A stretch of 64,000 nt of DNA, taken from NCBI GenBank assembly GCA_964016885.1, contig OZ024743.1, positions 118,110,001 through 118,174,000 of the forward strand, given 5' to 3'. The translations under genes and the position numbers were made by a program. Positions 41,819 through 56,103 of this stretch are shown here, piece after piece (position 1 is the first letter of the stretch; every line of letters starts with the position of its first letter). The notes under the pieces are model-generated. The model was not told the DNA's origin. It did not search any database and saw only the letters and a list, made by a program, of their open reading frames with translations. Source of the stretch: Eledone cirrhosa (Eukaryota).

Positions 41819-43880
41819 GTGAGCTATGCTGCTCTCTTACCAGCACTTTCCCTTCCAACCACACACACCAGCCACCCACCCCTGATGCCGCTCGGTGCCC
41901 CAGTCCCCGGCCCCACGCCCCATCCTCCACCCCTCCAAATAAACACTTGCAGCACTTGCGGCACTACTAACAAACGGAAGAGGGGCCGGAACTCTTTGGG
42001 GTGCGGCTGCTTCCACCACCTCACCTGCGTTGGCTTGACTCGTCGAGGTGCCAATGCCCACGCAGCGTGGAGGTGCAGGAGCTGCCTCTTTCCCACGTCT
42101 TCCCAGCCACGGCCGTCTGGCACACCACCAGATGGGACAGCGAGCTTGCCTGACGCTCGAGCCTCGCTGGTCAACATCGCTCGGCTCAGGCAACTCCGGA
42201 AGAGCCCACTCAGGATCCCGAGAGTGGCACGGGTGCCGGTAGCCGATGCCCTCGCTTCCTCGATTGAGAGCGTCCTGGACTCCAATCGAGCCAGTGACTG
42301 GGAGCGGTTGTTCTCTTTCGCCCCACTCGCTCTCAGCCTCCCCAGCTCTGGCACTGACCAGGGCAGCCGGTCAACAGCAGCCTTTGTCAAGGCCAATGTC
42401 TCGTCATTTGGGCGAGCGCCCATTCCCAGCGTTCCCAGGGACGCCACACACCCCACCCTCAGGTACCCCCTATCCGCAACCCCCGAGGCCAGCGTCAAGC
42501 GTTTGCGTGACCAGGTAAACGCATAGCTTATCGTGGGTGATGTCTAGGCAGCAGTCAGAGTTGTTGCCTCAGAGTACACTGTCCTCCAACTACCCAGGAG
42601 ATCCTGGCTGCTCTTAGGCTCAAACACCCTGAGCCACACACTGATCTCAGACCCATACCCCCACCCGACCCTCACCTGCTCCTTGTGGCTACTGATGCAG
42701 ATATCATGTCCGCCATTAGGTCCTTCCCAGCTAGCAGTTGCGGAGGTGTAGATGGTCTACGACCAGGCCACCTCAAGGAGTTGACATCCCCCCTCTCCGC
42801 TGAGGCCGGGCGCCGCCTTCTGAGTGCAATTGTGGCGCTCACCAATAGGCTCATTCATGGTGCCCGCGACCCTTACGCCCGAGGCCCCTTTTCTTCGGCC
42901 TCCGCTCTCAGGAAGACAGAGGATGGTATACGCCCCATTGCTGTGGGCAATGTCTTCCGGAGGCTGGCTGCCAAGGTGATCTGCAAGTCCGTCACACACG
43001 AACTGGGTGAGGAGTTTAGTCCGGTGCAACTGGGTGTCGGCGTGTCCGGTGGCTGTGAGGGAGCCTCTCGTGTAATCAGGCAGTTCTTCAGCAGCTGCCC
43101 ATAGGTACCGGCATCCAGGGACTCCAGGCACCTCATTGTCAAGCTTGACATGAGGAATGCCTTTAACTCTTTACGGCAGGATCATCTGCTCGAGGTCTGC
43201 CTCAGCCGAAGCTCCTCTGCCTACCCGCTGGCCTACCTGTCATATGGATCCCCGAGCATGCTCCTAGCTGCTGATACGGTCATACCCTCGGCTACTGGGG
43301 TCCAACAGGGCGACCCTTTGGGACCCCTCCTGTTTGCCCTTGGTATTGACCACATCGCCCGGAGTATCACGGCCCCTCTCAACGTTTGGTATCTGGATGA
43401 AGCTACGTTGGGCGGGCCCGTACGGACGGTCTGCCAAGACCTGCAATCTGTGATTCCTGCCCTGGCGGGAATCGGCCTGAATGTCAACTCGGCCAAGTCG
43501 GAGGTGGTGAACGTCAGGCTCGATGCTGAGCTTTGCTGCCTCCGTCTTGGACGTGCGGTACATTCTCCGCCAGGTTCAGGTGACCCCTAAAGAGGATGTC
43601 TTCATCCTCGGGTCACCGATCCACCCGCCGGCCATCCGCTGCACCATCAGGTCCTGACTTCAACAGCTCCAGACTCTCATGAGCCGACTGGGTTTGATTG
43701 ACGGCCTCCCAGCTCTCTTTCTGCTGAGGAACTGCTTCGTCACGCCGAAGCTCCTCTATACACTCCGCAGCGCTCCATGCTACACCCAGACATCTCTCCT
43801 CGCTGACTGACCTCGATACTTGTATCTGAGCAGCAGCCGAGGGTATATGCAATGTCAAGTTTGACGACATAGAGTGGCAA
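41819..43880 (+). pseudogene. CRE-like non-LTR retrotransposon ORF (PHD-like finger plus RT), with stops and frameshifts, 3'-truncated
   Basis: C..C...CGCFHHLTCVGL...WRC..C, then GGVDGLRPGHLKE...DGIRPIAVGNVFRRLAAK...QLGVGVSGGCEG...KLDMRNAFNSLR...GVQQGDPLGPLLF...WYLDE...GLNVN.AKSE. The block is sharply GC-rich. Confidence 0.88.
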
Positions 43881-43973
43881 CATGGAATATTTACTCCAGT
43901 AACTGCTGAGTGCTCTAAATCAGTTATAAACATTTATGTTTGTCGAAATTCCAACAAATTAAATACAACTTCT

Positions 43974-44180
<207 letters not shown>

Positions 44181-46138
44181 AATATATATGTGTGTGTGTG
44201 TGTATAACAAGAAAGCTGAAGGAACCAAATAAAACCAAGCATCCGCTACTAACCCATTTGAAACAATGCGAGAACACAATGGCAGACGGATTTCCAAGGA
44301 AATCGGAAATGAATTACTATAAAGTAGAAACCGCTCGACATGACATCGACTCGACAATCGATTAATATCAAGTTAATTCTTGATTGTTATCATGCAAGCA
44401 AAGATGTGTTCAAAAGCGATCAACTTTCTAATCCTAGAGAAGTCGATAAGAAACCACTTCAATCATATATTGCAGTCATGTGAAAGTCATCCACACAGTG
44501 CGTTGTATGGTTCAATGTTAGTGTTGATGAAGTATTCAAACGATATCTCGTTTAGATAACGTGTCAAATGTCTATACTGGTTTGTTGTGTATCTTATCCT
44601 TTTTGTGGCTTGTGTGTTTAATATGCTGTTTCATAGAAGAAAATCATTAGGCTGGCAATATGCTAGAGTGCAACATGCGATGTTGAATCACTGAATCGTG
44701 AGATAAGAGTTATCTGCTTATCGGGCATATGATTTGAAATGCTAAAGGTGTATTTTCTTTCATAGATGAAATTAATTATATCTTCAAATTCATTATTATA
44801 GTTGTTCAGCCCAAGGTCAACATTGATTAAGCAAACCCGTAATTAGAGTTTTTCCAACCATATTCATCCCACCCTATTCCTGGGTATTTAATATATAGAA
44901 CTAACTTGCCCGATCATTTTTTAAACGGTGAGGAATGATTTGAGGTAGATTTCGTTGTTCTTACTATGAGATCAACTCATTGTAATATGTTGTTGTTGTG
45001 AACCAGCATGGCTGCTCTGGCTGAGCATATCTCTAATCAATGATATACCTGTTGTGACCATCCTGTCTTTTATTCAGGAATTGTAAGGGGTTAATCGTAG
45101 TTAGGCATAAAGGAGTTGGGTATAAAACACAAGCTTATAATCTCAAAAGAATAGTATGGCTGCAGCATGAGGGTATTGACAGAGACCTTAGAAAATGTGT
45201 TACTGAAACAACTGGTGTTTATTTGGAAACGTAAAAATTAATTAAATACTTCGACGATCAATCAAATGTGATCTTAATTTCATACACAACAATATATACC
45301 ATGATGGAGCAAGATTTGACTTATAGCGGGTGGTGACTAATTTAGATGAACTGAAACATTTCAACACTGTCAATCATCCGTCATAAGCGGATGTCTTGAA
45401 TGTCAATGTACAAACAATTTTCTATATAGATAATAAACACAACCACAGGGATAAGGTCCGAACGTGGAAGAGCCGAACTCCCACTATCATCGCCTCCATC
45501 TCTGTGTATGGTGAGCAAATGTGGTCCCACGTGCTGGCCTCCCCACAGCCCCGGCGGATAGAATGGCGAAGGCGTTACCCCGGAGGTCGGTAAGGGAGAG
45601 GTTTCGGGTCTATTTTAGAGCTTTCTTCACTACGTTATAGAGTTATATTAAGATGATCCGTTTACTGGCATCATTCATTTACCCTGTTAACGCTACTTAC
45701 TTATGTCATTTCAATAGGCTTCTTATTTCGAATACATCTTCCAGCACAAAACCGGCCAGAGTTTTTAAGACTTGGCTAAAGCCAAAGTTGAACTCATGCA
45801 ATTTCAGAGGAAGTCAGTTTGAAGAACCTAGATATGTTACCCAAATTCAACATTTTAAAAACGCTTTTGCCCCATCTCAGTTTCTTAGAGGGATATACAT
45901 GCTTTGTAAGCATCTTGTATAACATATTTATGTATAGAATGTATGGTCTCTTCTGCCCCCAAGGAAAGGATTAGCAGAATTGATAAAGCATTAGACAAAA
46001 TTATTTGTGGTCTTTAGTCACTTATCTTTAATTCTATACTTAAAATAATGTACACATCAAATAAGTACTACGGTTAATATAGTCGACTGTTCCCTTACCA
46101 CCAAATTTCAAGTAGTAGTAGTGATGGTGGGGGTGGTA

Positions 46139-46213
<75 letters not shown>

Positions 46214-46418
46214 ACAGCAGTGGCAACAGTAACAGTCATTGACAAAGCGATCTGAATACAATATAAAACGAGTTGGTGCAACAAAAGTATGTGCACGCTA
46301 GTGTGTGCTTGGGTGAGTATGCAATGTTGAAGATAGCATGTGTGTGTATAAATCATATGACAGACAGTAAGAGAGATAGAATCATAGAGAGGCGAGGCAA
46401 GATATAGTGTGTGTGGTG

Positions 46419-46458
<40 letters not shown>

Positions 46459-46802
46459 GGTGTGTGGGTGTGTTTGAGAGTGCGTATGTGTATTAGTGTG
46501 TGAGTGTGTGCGCGCGATTACATATGTTTGATTCGAAGACAATGAAGTAAAATGAGAGAAAGAGAGACGGTGAGTTTAAGACACATTACTGTCCCGTATA
46601 CACGGAGAAATTATTTGTTGTCCAAGAATATCTCTCGACTCTGATTTATGTGAGCGGAAATTAATTGTAAATTAAGAAGGGATATTGCATGTAATCATTT
46701 GAAATGTTGTTACATGTCATCATGTGTTCCTCTTTCACTCCACAATCTCTAACACTGTCCCATTCCATGTCTCTGTGTGTCTAATTTTAGTGTGCTATCA
46801 AG

Positions 46803-46835
<33 letters not shown>

Positions 46836-46837
<2 letters not shown>

Positions 46838-47333
46838 TAAAATAGAGAATGTCTGTCTGTCTGTGCGATCAATAAAATTCGAGAACCACCCAACCGATTG
46901 TTTTCAAACTTTACACATGTAATACTTATGGTCCTGTGAGTGTTTTGAGAAGAAAAGGATTTCAAATTTCCAATGCCCTTGGGACCGCATTAGGCGATTT
47001 AACGATCTCTCTCCATAATTCGTAGTCTTTCTCTTTTTAGATAGATACATAGATATAACGTTGCGCCCTTATAATATCTGTCGGTATGCCTGGCTGTCTG
47101 CATTACGACATTATGACGTAGCTGTGTGTGTGTGTGTGTATGCGTGTATGTCTGTGTGTGTGCGTGTGTGCGTGTGTGTGTGTGTATATGTATATATATA
47201 GTGTGTATATATATATAGTGTGTAACGTTTTTCGAAATATTTACTTCTGCGTTCACAGAATGATTTTTTCAGTTTCAGAAGATCCCGTTAAGGGTGAAAG
47301 CAGCGATTCTTTGCTTAAACTTTAATCTTGATA

Positions 47334-47377
<44 letters not shown>

Positions 47378-47528
47378 TATATTCGTGTACAGATATTTTT
47401 GCATACACAATAACAAAATATAAACAAACGTATTTATTTCACGAGGCTTGATAAGAATAAATATATATCAAATGTATAAGAACCATAGAGCAAATCCCGA
47501 GCAACGCCGGGCCATTCTACTTCTACTA

Positions 47529-47529
<1 letters not shown>
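46836..47529 (+). mobile_element. Complete non-autonomous Helitron inserted in (TA)n
   Basis: 5' TCTAAAATAGAGAAT(GTCT)n head, subterminal hairpin cccg-agcaacgc-cggg (47496-47511) and 3' CTAG at 47526-47529 followed by T. Internal blocks are shared with other copies. Confidence 0.8.
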
Positions 47530-47566
<37 letters not shown>

Positions 47567-48777
47567 GTACATGTGTGTGCGTGTGCGTGTGTTCTGTATG
47601 TGTGTGCGTGCGTGTGTGTATGCGAATGAGCGTCTCTATCTTTGTGTAGAAGCCTTTGTTTATTAGTCATACTCAATAAGAAAGACATCGATGAATAGGA
47701 TATTTAGGATTGATTTCTTGCTTATAATCATCATCATCATTATCACCAGTTCTACATTCCAATTACATGACCTCTCCATGGTCGCTCGACATGCTGGAAA
47801 TAGCAGCCACATTTTCCATAAATAACACTAGGCTGTCTGAAGATAAATAACACGACCTGTTTAATTCTATACTCTTCTCAAATCATATAACACTTTGAAT
47901 GTTATTCACACACACACACGCAAACACCACTGGTGTTCTCTGTGGCAATGCTTTTACTATCTTGTCTACTGGATTATGCTGAGATGTGCCGCCCAGCCCA
48001 GGGTGTAGTGCGTGGCTCCAGCTTTCCTCTTCCCTTTTTATATTATTGAATTTTTCTCACTCCTCTGTTTCTCTTTTGTTTCTATCTGTTTATCATTTTA
48101 ATTTTTTTTTTCAAGAATACTTTCATTATTTATAGAGATAATTAAAGAGATAACTAGACACGGAGAGATGTCACAAATTATGTTACTTAATATAGTCACA
48201 GTGCCTCATATTTTAAAGATGGTTTATAATGAGATCTTTCACCTCAAACATACTTTTTTAGTGGCAGGAGAAAAAGTAGCACATATAAACCGTGACTGCA
48301 AGGGAAAAAGGAAGATAGCCATTATGTTCCAATATCCGATGACCAGGTTAAAATGCGTGTAAAAGAGTACAAGCAAAATCTGATTCATCATATGATTCCT
48401 CGAATAACTCGAGCCATCTTTCTAGATTTACCATTTCTTTGCTTCTAACTTTACGTGCAGTGTTGTTACAATATATTCATACTTTTTCTCGACTTCCACC
48501 CACACAATCAATTTTTTTCCGGTTATGTATTGTGGGCTTGCTTTCTCTTCTGGGGTAGTTTCTGTTTGGAATATTCTGCAATCGGGCATTGTTTTTTTTC
48601 TCCCAGAGCCTCATGTTTCTCTCAACACCAAATATCCAAGAGGGTACATATTTGTTTTTTTCAACATATTCAATTACTTTTTGGTTTAAACTCTCAGTGT
48701 ACACAATACGTCTCTTATTTAAGGTTAAAAATGAAACTATTTTCAATGTTAGCATACGTCAGTAATTAACTTTCACT

Positions 48778-48950
48778 ATTTCGGTAGAGAGTCGAACGCC
48801 ATGCTTTCCAGCATAGTTAAGTGCATTTACGGTCTGAGTTCAAATCCCGTCGAGGTTAACTTTGCCTTTCATCCTTACGGAGTCGATAAAATAAAGTACC
48901 AGTAACGTACTGGGTGATTGCTGGTCTTATACGAAAAGTAGAAACAACTA
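48778..48950 (+). mobile_element. tRNA-derived SINE, 5'-truncated
   Basis: Matches 62327-62511. Confidence 0.88.
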
Positions 48951-49435
48951 TTAACCAATAATTAGAAAAAATAACTAATCACATATAAACAAAATAATAT
49001 ATTATCATACAGTAACATCATACCAACTGAATTAATTTTTGCCATTGTAGCTATTTGCTATGCATATAGAGTTTCATGCCCAAAGGCAATGAAGTACATA
49101 CATAGGTCGTTTGGTTACTTGGGCTTACTGACTTCGACATTGCCGATTTCACAGCTTTGTTATTGTATAAATATATAGCCTTTACATTATGATGTAATAT
49201 CATTATTATCCTCTCCCTATATTTGAACCTGAGTTTTATGTTTAACATTTCACATTATATACGAGAAAATGCCCCATATACATATATATATATATATATA
49301 TATATGCAAGATTATCTCCCTCTCCCACTCCTCTCTCTCTATATATATGCAGATAATATATATATACATATATCCCACTATTTCATTAAGCCTCCTCAAC
49401 TACCTTTTCATGAGTCACTTCATATATCATTCTTT

Positions 49436-49544
<109 letters not shown>

Positions 49545-49563
49545 ATCTATCTATCTATCTATC

Positions 49564-49598
<35 letters not shown>

Positions 49599-50223
49599 CT
49601 ATCTCGCTCAATCACACACACCCTTTGCCTTTGTAACTGCTTTAACGTCATAACATTCATTCTATCCGTAAATCTTCTGACAATTCTCCATGTCTCCCTT
49701 TCTCCCTCTCTTTCTCAAGTGGTTTGCGTCTCTTTAAATATCTCGCCATGTCTCCCCTGCTTTCTGTTCTATGTTCCAAAATTTTCTTTCTCATCATCAA
49801 TCTACCTGACACTATATATTACCCTCTCACTGTCTATTTCTCGCTCACTCTCACTCCTTAACACCCAAGCTATTCATATCTCTTTGTTTCTCCAACCCTT
49901 TCCAGTCCCCTGTTTCTGCCATTTTCCCTGCCATCGTGTCATCGTTATGAAAGACCAATCAAATGCCCTATGAAAGTTTCTGACATAACGATGGCCCCAA
50001 CCTCGTACTGGAGGATTGTTAACAGCCATCATCTATTTCGCTTCCGCCCATCACACTTTCTTCCTTTCTGGTCATCGGACAACTTGCTTCCGTGATCGTT
50101 TGTCTGTCTTTCTCTTTATCTCTGTATCTGTCTCTGTTCATGTGTCAGTGTTTGAATTCCTTGCTGCCGGGCTGTAACTTGGTTCTCCTTCCCTGTCCCT
50201 CTTTTTTCTTTTCACCTATCTAC

Positions 50224-50355
<132 letters not shown>

Positions 50356-50699
50356 TATCTCCGTATCTACAAGTAAGTAAATCTAGATTTCTATTTATCT
50401 GTGTACTTATAGTTGTATACCTATCCAACTCACCCCCATCCAGATACACACAAACACACATACACAGAGAAAAAGAGAGGTAAAGAAAGAGTTACTTTAA
50501 CTTCTCTTATGCCAAATTCTCCTTTTTCCAGTTGTAACCATATACACTATAGGTGCATAACAATATATGAAATACATTCTCACTCATCATGTAAATTAAA
50601 AGAATAGCACTCGCAAGAGGGCACCGATAAAGCTACAATGCGATAAAGCTACACCGATAAAGCTACATACGCCCAGAGTATGTCAAGAGATCGGGTGAG

Positions 50700-52065
50700 A
50701 GACTCAACAGTACGGAGACGACGACAATGAGCAGGAATGAATTACGGACGCAGAAACGGATCACACAACAACATTTACTTGGGAGGTATTGGAAGTAAAG
50801 TGTCACTCTAGAAAAATCTGTAAGAACACAAAAGGACTTAAAATGCATCAAGCCAGAACCAAATGTGGAAATGAGGAGTAACTAAAGCACCGTACAATGG
50901 TATAACCCGGGGCGATACAGGAGAACTCCAGGCAGGAAACATCCTACAGAATTAGAGATCCCTCAGTACCGGTATTCTTGCAAATTCTCAGGAGGAACCA
51001 CACAGGAGGGCCAAACCCATCCTCTGAGACGACGGAGTAAATGATTCAAAGCTAGTGATATTAATTAGACCAAGACAGGGACAAAATATTAGATGTAATT
51101 TTAGCAGGGAATTTTGAGCGGAAAGTGAATCTCCTCTGGTAATAAAATATAATTTAACAAGGGAGCGTTTCCAAAAAAAGGACGAGAAAACCATCCACAC
51201 TAAAAACAGCACAATAGAAGGGAAACGGAAATCAACCGCTTGAAAGAAGAAATCAAAGCTCTGAATAGCAGTTGAAAGTAACGCCTGACAGTGAAAGGAC
51301 AGGCATCAAGGATCTAACAGATCAACTGCGGAAACATCTCTACAGATTTCGAACAAAGAACTTGGCGGAAGCAGAGGAAAGTGAGAAATGAAAAGGCTCA
51401 ATTTATTAAAGTCACCTTTCGATTCACCAGATCCCTATTATGGATTGCGAAGTCAGGAGGACTGACTAACTCTAGAGAAGACGTGGAGGAGTTCTTGAGA
51501 AAGACCCAGAACTAAACACTCAGGACACCAAAGAAAACCTCAACACCTGCAAACCGTCCTGCCGGTAAGTCAATTGTTTGGTAAAATGAACCAGTACGTT
51601 TTCTGCTCCCGGTCCAACTGTAAACTTACATGTTATATAAGAAATGCTCATTGTTCCTTCGGAGGTTGTGGAGGCTTCTCCGGTTGGTTTGGAGAAAGGG
51701 AACCATTCCTTCGTGTTGGAAGAGGGCAGAAGGCTGTTTCTTGCTAGCGAAAAAAACCTCTTCATTCATCAGCCAATATAGAACAATCTCACTCCTAAGT
51801 ACTGGCCAAAAGAATGACCTTGTATTTGGCTGAGAATGGGCACACTAACATTTCTCTAGAGAAGGGTGGGACTCCGATCTTTTCTGGATGTCTGGGACAC
51901 ACGAGATTCCACAGCCAGATGATCAGTGAGGCCAGGAAAAACAAAGGTGACCTGAAAATGATATAAATGAATTTAGCCAACACGTATGGATCAATCCTTC
52001 AGGCCCTCATACAAACAGACGGGTGTTAGCAGTAATTGACTATGTTGCAACTTGGACAAGATTTT
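50700..52065 (+). pseudogene. Hero-like (R2 superfamily) LINE remnant
   Basis: KICKNTKGLKMHQARTKCG zinc-finger; APGP...LYKKC..FLRRLWRLLRLVWRKGTIPSCWKRAEGCF; ISQYRTISLL; KGG.P.FSGCL.H; MNLANTYGSI (compare WLDLANAYGS). Confidence 0.8.
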
Positions 52066-52104
52066 ACAAATCTCTCTCTCTATCTCTCTATCTCTCTCTA
52101 TCTA

Positions 52105-52165
<61 letters not shown>

Positions 52166-52774
52166 CTCTCTCTTTCCCTCTCTATCTATCTCTCATTATT
52201 TCCCTCTCTATCTCTCTCTCATTCTCTCTCTCTTTCTCTATCTCTCTCTCTTTCTTTCTCTCTCTCTCTCTTATTTATATACATATATATGCACACACAT
52301 GCATACATATATATACACAAAAATATATGTATATGTGTGGGTATGAGTGTGGATGTAAGTCATAGGGCAAATGTATATGTGTAATAGCCAGCCATAATCA
52401 CGTTGATTAAACGACTAGATAATTCAGTCGATCGAACAACAGACTGTCATCGTCAAACAGGATTATAATTATGAGATGTATGTATGTATGTTCTTCTGGT
52501 TTTATAATTTCACAAATTTTTGCCAATAGAGAGAGAGTCGGTTTCTAACATAGGCACAAGACTCTCTCATTGGAATTTACACAACATCAACTAGGTAGAT
52601 ATGTATGCATGTCTGCATGCATGTATGTGTAGATATAGATGTTATTGTATGTGTGTATGTATGTATGTACGTATGTATGTATGTATGTATGTATGTATGT
52701 ATGTATGTATGTATGTATGTATGTATGTATGTATGTATGTATATATGTATGTATGTGCGTGTGTATGTATGATG

Positions 52775-53286
52775 GTATCCAATGATGTTGACTTGTTCTT
52801 CTTTTTGGTAAATATCATCTTGGTTAAGAGAGTAGGACTGGCTTTGTGCAGTGCCTTTGCTCACTATAAAAGCTTCACGGCACAGGCATTGCTTTATATC
52901 TGGAGATCTCTCTGCACTTGTCATCACATGGTACCATGTGTCCAGCACTATGTGTCAATAATTGTCACAAGTGTAGTGTTTGTACCAGAGTTTTCAAGTC
53001 GCTGGCTGGACTAAAAAGTCACACTTGTTCAGCGCATCGATAGAGGTTCCCCTACATGGATATAAAGTAGTAGCCGTACTCGAAAACGAGTTGGCAGCCA
53101 CCATGTATGTATGTATGTATAGGTACAGCACTATGTGTCAATAATTGTCACAAGTGTAGTGTTTGTCCCAGAGTTTTCAAGTCGCTGGCTGGACTAAAAA
53201 GTCACACTCGTTCAGCGCATCGGTGGGGTTCTCCTACATGGATATAAAGTAGTGGCCGTACTCGAAAACGAGTTGGCTGCCACCAT
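52775..53286 (+). mobile_element. RTE-tailed short element (52775-53104) with a tandem partial duplicate (53125-53286)
   Basis: Encodes the C2H2 remnant [17 protein letters not shown] and ends gccgtaCTCGaaaaCGAGttggcagccacc(atgt)n. The 3' 160 bp is repeated in tandem. Confidence 0.75.
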
Positions 53287-53293
53287 GTATGTA

Positions 53294-53832
53294 TGTCGGG
53301 TCACTCTTGAGTGCTACTGGTAAAATGTAACCTAGTACAACCTGTCGCATGGTCTGGTCGTCGGAGACGAAACCGACATCCACCAAGTTTACTTGGTGAG
53401 GACGGTGATTTTGGACACCCTGCAGGACAAAAAACAAAACCTGACAAAGGGCGGAAGAACTCATAAGAGTTAACGGGCATCCCAAAGTGTGTAAATATGT
53501 ATATACATATGTACCGCACGGTTAAACCACTTGGAGTGAAGGACCCCTAGACTTTGTCAGGGCATTCTTCTAGGAGAAGGCAACTCATGAAACTGGGATG
53601 ACTCCGATATAAAATCTGCGGCTCAGTAGTTACCGATCATGTTGATCTTTTCTTCTTTTCGGTTTATAGCTATTGTCGCTCAGAGAGTGGGATTGGCTCA
53701 GTGCACAGTCTTTCCTCACTTTAAAAAAAATATCTTCATGCACAGGCATTGCACGATATAATTAATTAATAATTATTAATAATGGTATATCATGCAATGG
53801 CCATACTCGATAACGAGGGGGCATCTATCATG
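53294..53832 (+). mobile_element. RTE-tailed short element, second subfamily
   Basis: Shares the gagagtgggattggctcagtgc body with the first subfamily. The tail is gccataCTCGataaCGAGggggca. A paralog lies at 56782-57410. Confidence 0.75.
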
Positions 53833-54006
53833 TGTATATATATATATCATTATTTCTTGTAAATAAACATTCACTTCCATCCTGACGTCACTAGCCCCGT
53901 TTTTTCCTCATGTGCTTTTTCATAAATACACATGAAGGCAAACTAGCCAGTTTTAGAATTCCCTTTTTCGGATTATATTACTGTGAGAGCCCTGGTTTTA
54001 TGTTGA

Positions 54007-54088
54007 GCTCTGCTGATGAATGAAATTCCAACCGTGACAATCTCCACTGAAAGTTTTCATGAAATAGTCTTTTAAGACTATACAGAGC
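54007..54088 (+). ncRNA. Intact type I hammerhead ribozyme, predicted cleavage after A54082 (AUA)
   Basis: gctctg-CTGATGA-atgaaa(...)tttcat-GAAA-tagtct(ttta)agacta-TA-cagagc. All core bases are present and all three stems are Watson-Crick. Confidence 0.88.
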
Positions 54089-54338
54089 ATTTGATGTTAT
54101 TCCAAATTGAAGGATAAGTGTTTCAAACTTTATTTTATCATGAGTTAAAGGTCTATAGATTTTTCCCTGGATTTTACTAAATTCTGTGGATGAATTTATA
54201 TCCTGATTCTCTTTTGAGATGAGTTTGAGTTATTTTTCCTAAATCTTTCGTTAACTACTTTTCCCATCTTGACGTTATAGTCGCATATATGTTATAGAAT
54301 GCCGTTAGCTTCTTGCTAAAACAATCTCTATACCTCTC

Positions 54339-54396
<58 letters not shown>

Positions 54397-54447
54397 ATTT
54401 ATATATATGTTTGTATGTATATATATATATGTATATGTGTATGTAGA

Positions 54448-54525
<78 letters not shown>

Positions 54526-54667
54526 AATGTAGATATATGTATATATATATGTATATATGTATGTATGTATATATATATATATATATGTGTATATATATGT
54601 ATGTATATATATGTGTATATATGTATATATATATGTATATATATGTATGTATATATATATGTATGTA

Positions 54668-55210
54668 TGGTCGGGTCGTTGGCGATTAAACTGGCAAGCC
54701 CACCAAGGTTTCTTGGCGAAGAGGGTGACTTTGGACATCCTGCAGGATTAAAAACAAACGGCGAAGGCGTTCTTAAGAGTCAATGGCCATCCTAAATCAC
54801 CGGGAGAGATGACCCCTTAGTCTTTGTCAAGGCAGAATTCTAGGAGAAGGAAAACTCTGATATAACACCTGCAACCCTGGTCGTATCCAATGATGTTGAC
54901 TTGTTCTTCTTTTTGGTAAATATTATCGTGGTTAAGAGAGTGGGACTGGCTTTGTGCAGTGCCTTTGCTCACTATAAAAGCTTCACGGCACACGCATTGC
55001 TTTATATCTGGAGATCTCTCTGCACTTGTCGTCACATGGTACGATGGGCCCAGCACTATCTGTTAATAATTGTCACAAGTGTAGTGATTGTACCGGAGTT
55101 TTCAAGTCGCTGGCTGGACTAAAAATCACACTCGTTCAGCGCATCGGTAGGGGTTCCCCTTCATGGATATAAAGTAGTGGCCGTACTCGAAAACGAGTTG
55201 GCAGCCACCA
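54668..55210 (+). mobile_element. RTE-tailed short element, longer copy of 52775-53104
   Basis: 54884-55210 closely matches 52775-53104, and the 5' part matches 53350-53480. Confidence 0.78.
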
Positions 55211-55334
55211 TGTATATATATATATGTATGTATATGTATGTATATGTATGTATATATATGTATATATATGTATATACATGTATGTATATATATATATGTA
55301 TATATATGTATGTATATGTATGTATATATATATG

Positions 55335-55387
<53 letters not shown>

Positions 55388-55398
55388 GTATATATATG

Positions 55399-55447
<49 letters not shown>

Positions 55448-55472
55448 GTATATATATGTCTATATATATGTG

Positions 55473-55591
<119 letters not shown>

Positions 55592-55630
55592 ATAAACATG
55601 TCTATATATGTATGTATATATATGTGTATG

Positions 55631-55663
<33 letters not shown>

Positions 55664-55788
55664 GTATGTGTGTGTATATATATATATATATGTGTGTGTA
55701 TATATATGTATATCTATATATATATATATATGAAAGTTGTATAAGTTCCCTGTGTCTACGCATCGCCTGGGAACTTAGCTGAGAATTG

Positions 55789-55869
55789 ACTTCCTGATGA
55801 CGAAAGGTATTCTCCATGTTCCATTCGGAAACCATGTTTATTCCCTTTCAGAAACTAATTAGTTGGAGT
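55789..55869 (+). ncRNA. Near-intact type I hammerhead ribozyme, predicted cleavage after T55864 (GUU)
   Basis: acttc-CTGATGA-c-gaaagg(...)cctttc-a-GAAAC-taatta-GTT-ggagt. Stem III is the palindrome ACTAATTAGT. The unit 55731-55980 lies between TA-rich tracts. Confidence 0.82.
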
Positions 55870-56034
55870 GAAATTTTAGTAAGTAAGTTAATTTTTATAA
55901 TTTTCTTATTTTACGTCTTTCATATAACTGTTCTGCATCCCCTTGCATTGAACCACAAAGTTACTAAGAGAAAACCTATATATTTGCTAGCATAGGTATG
56001 CATCTGTATATATATGTTGGTAGATGTACTAATT

Positions 56035-56103
<69 letters not shown>

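Noticed and set aside
45500-45610. GC-rich patch with superficial HDV-ribozyme-like words
   Set aside because: I could not build the P1/P1.1/P2/P3 nested pseudoknot.
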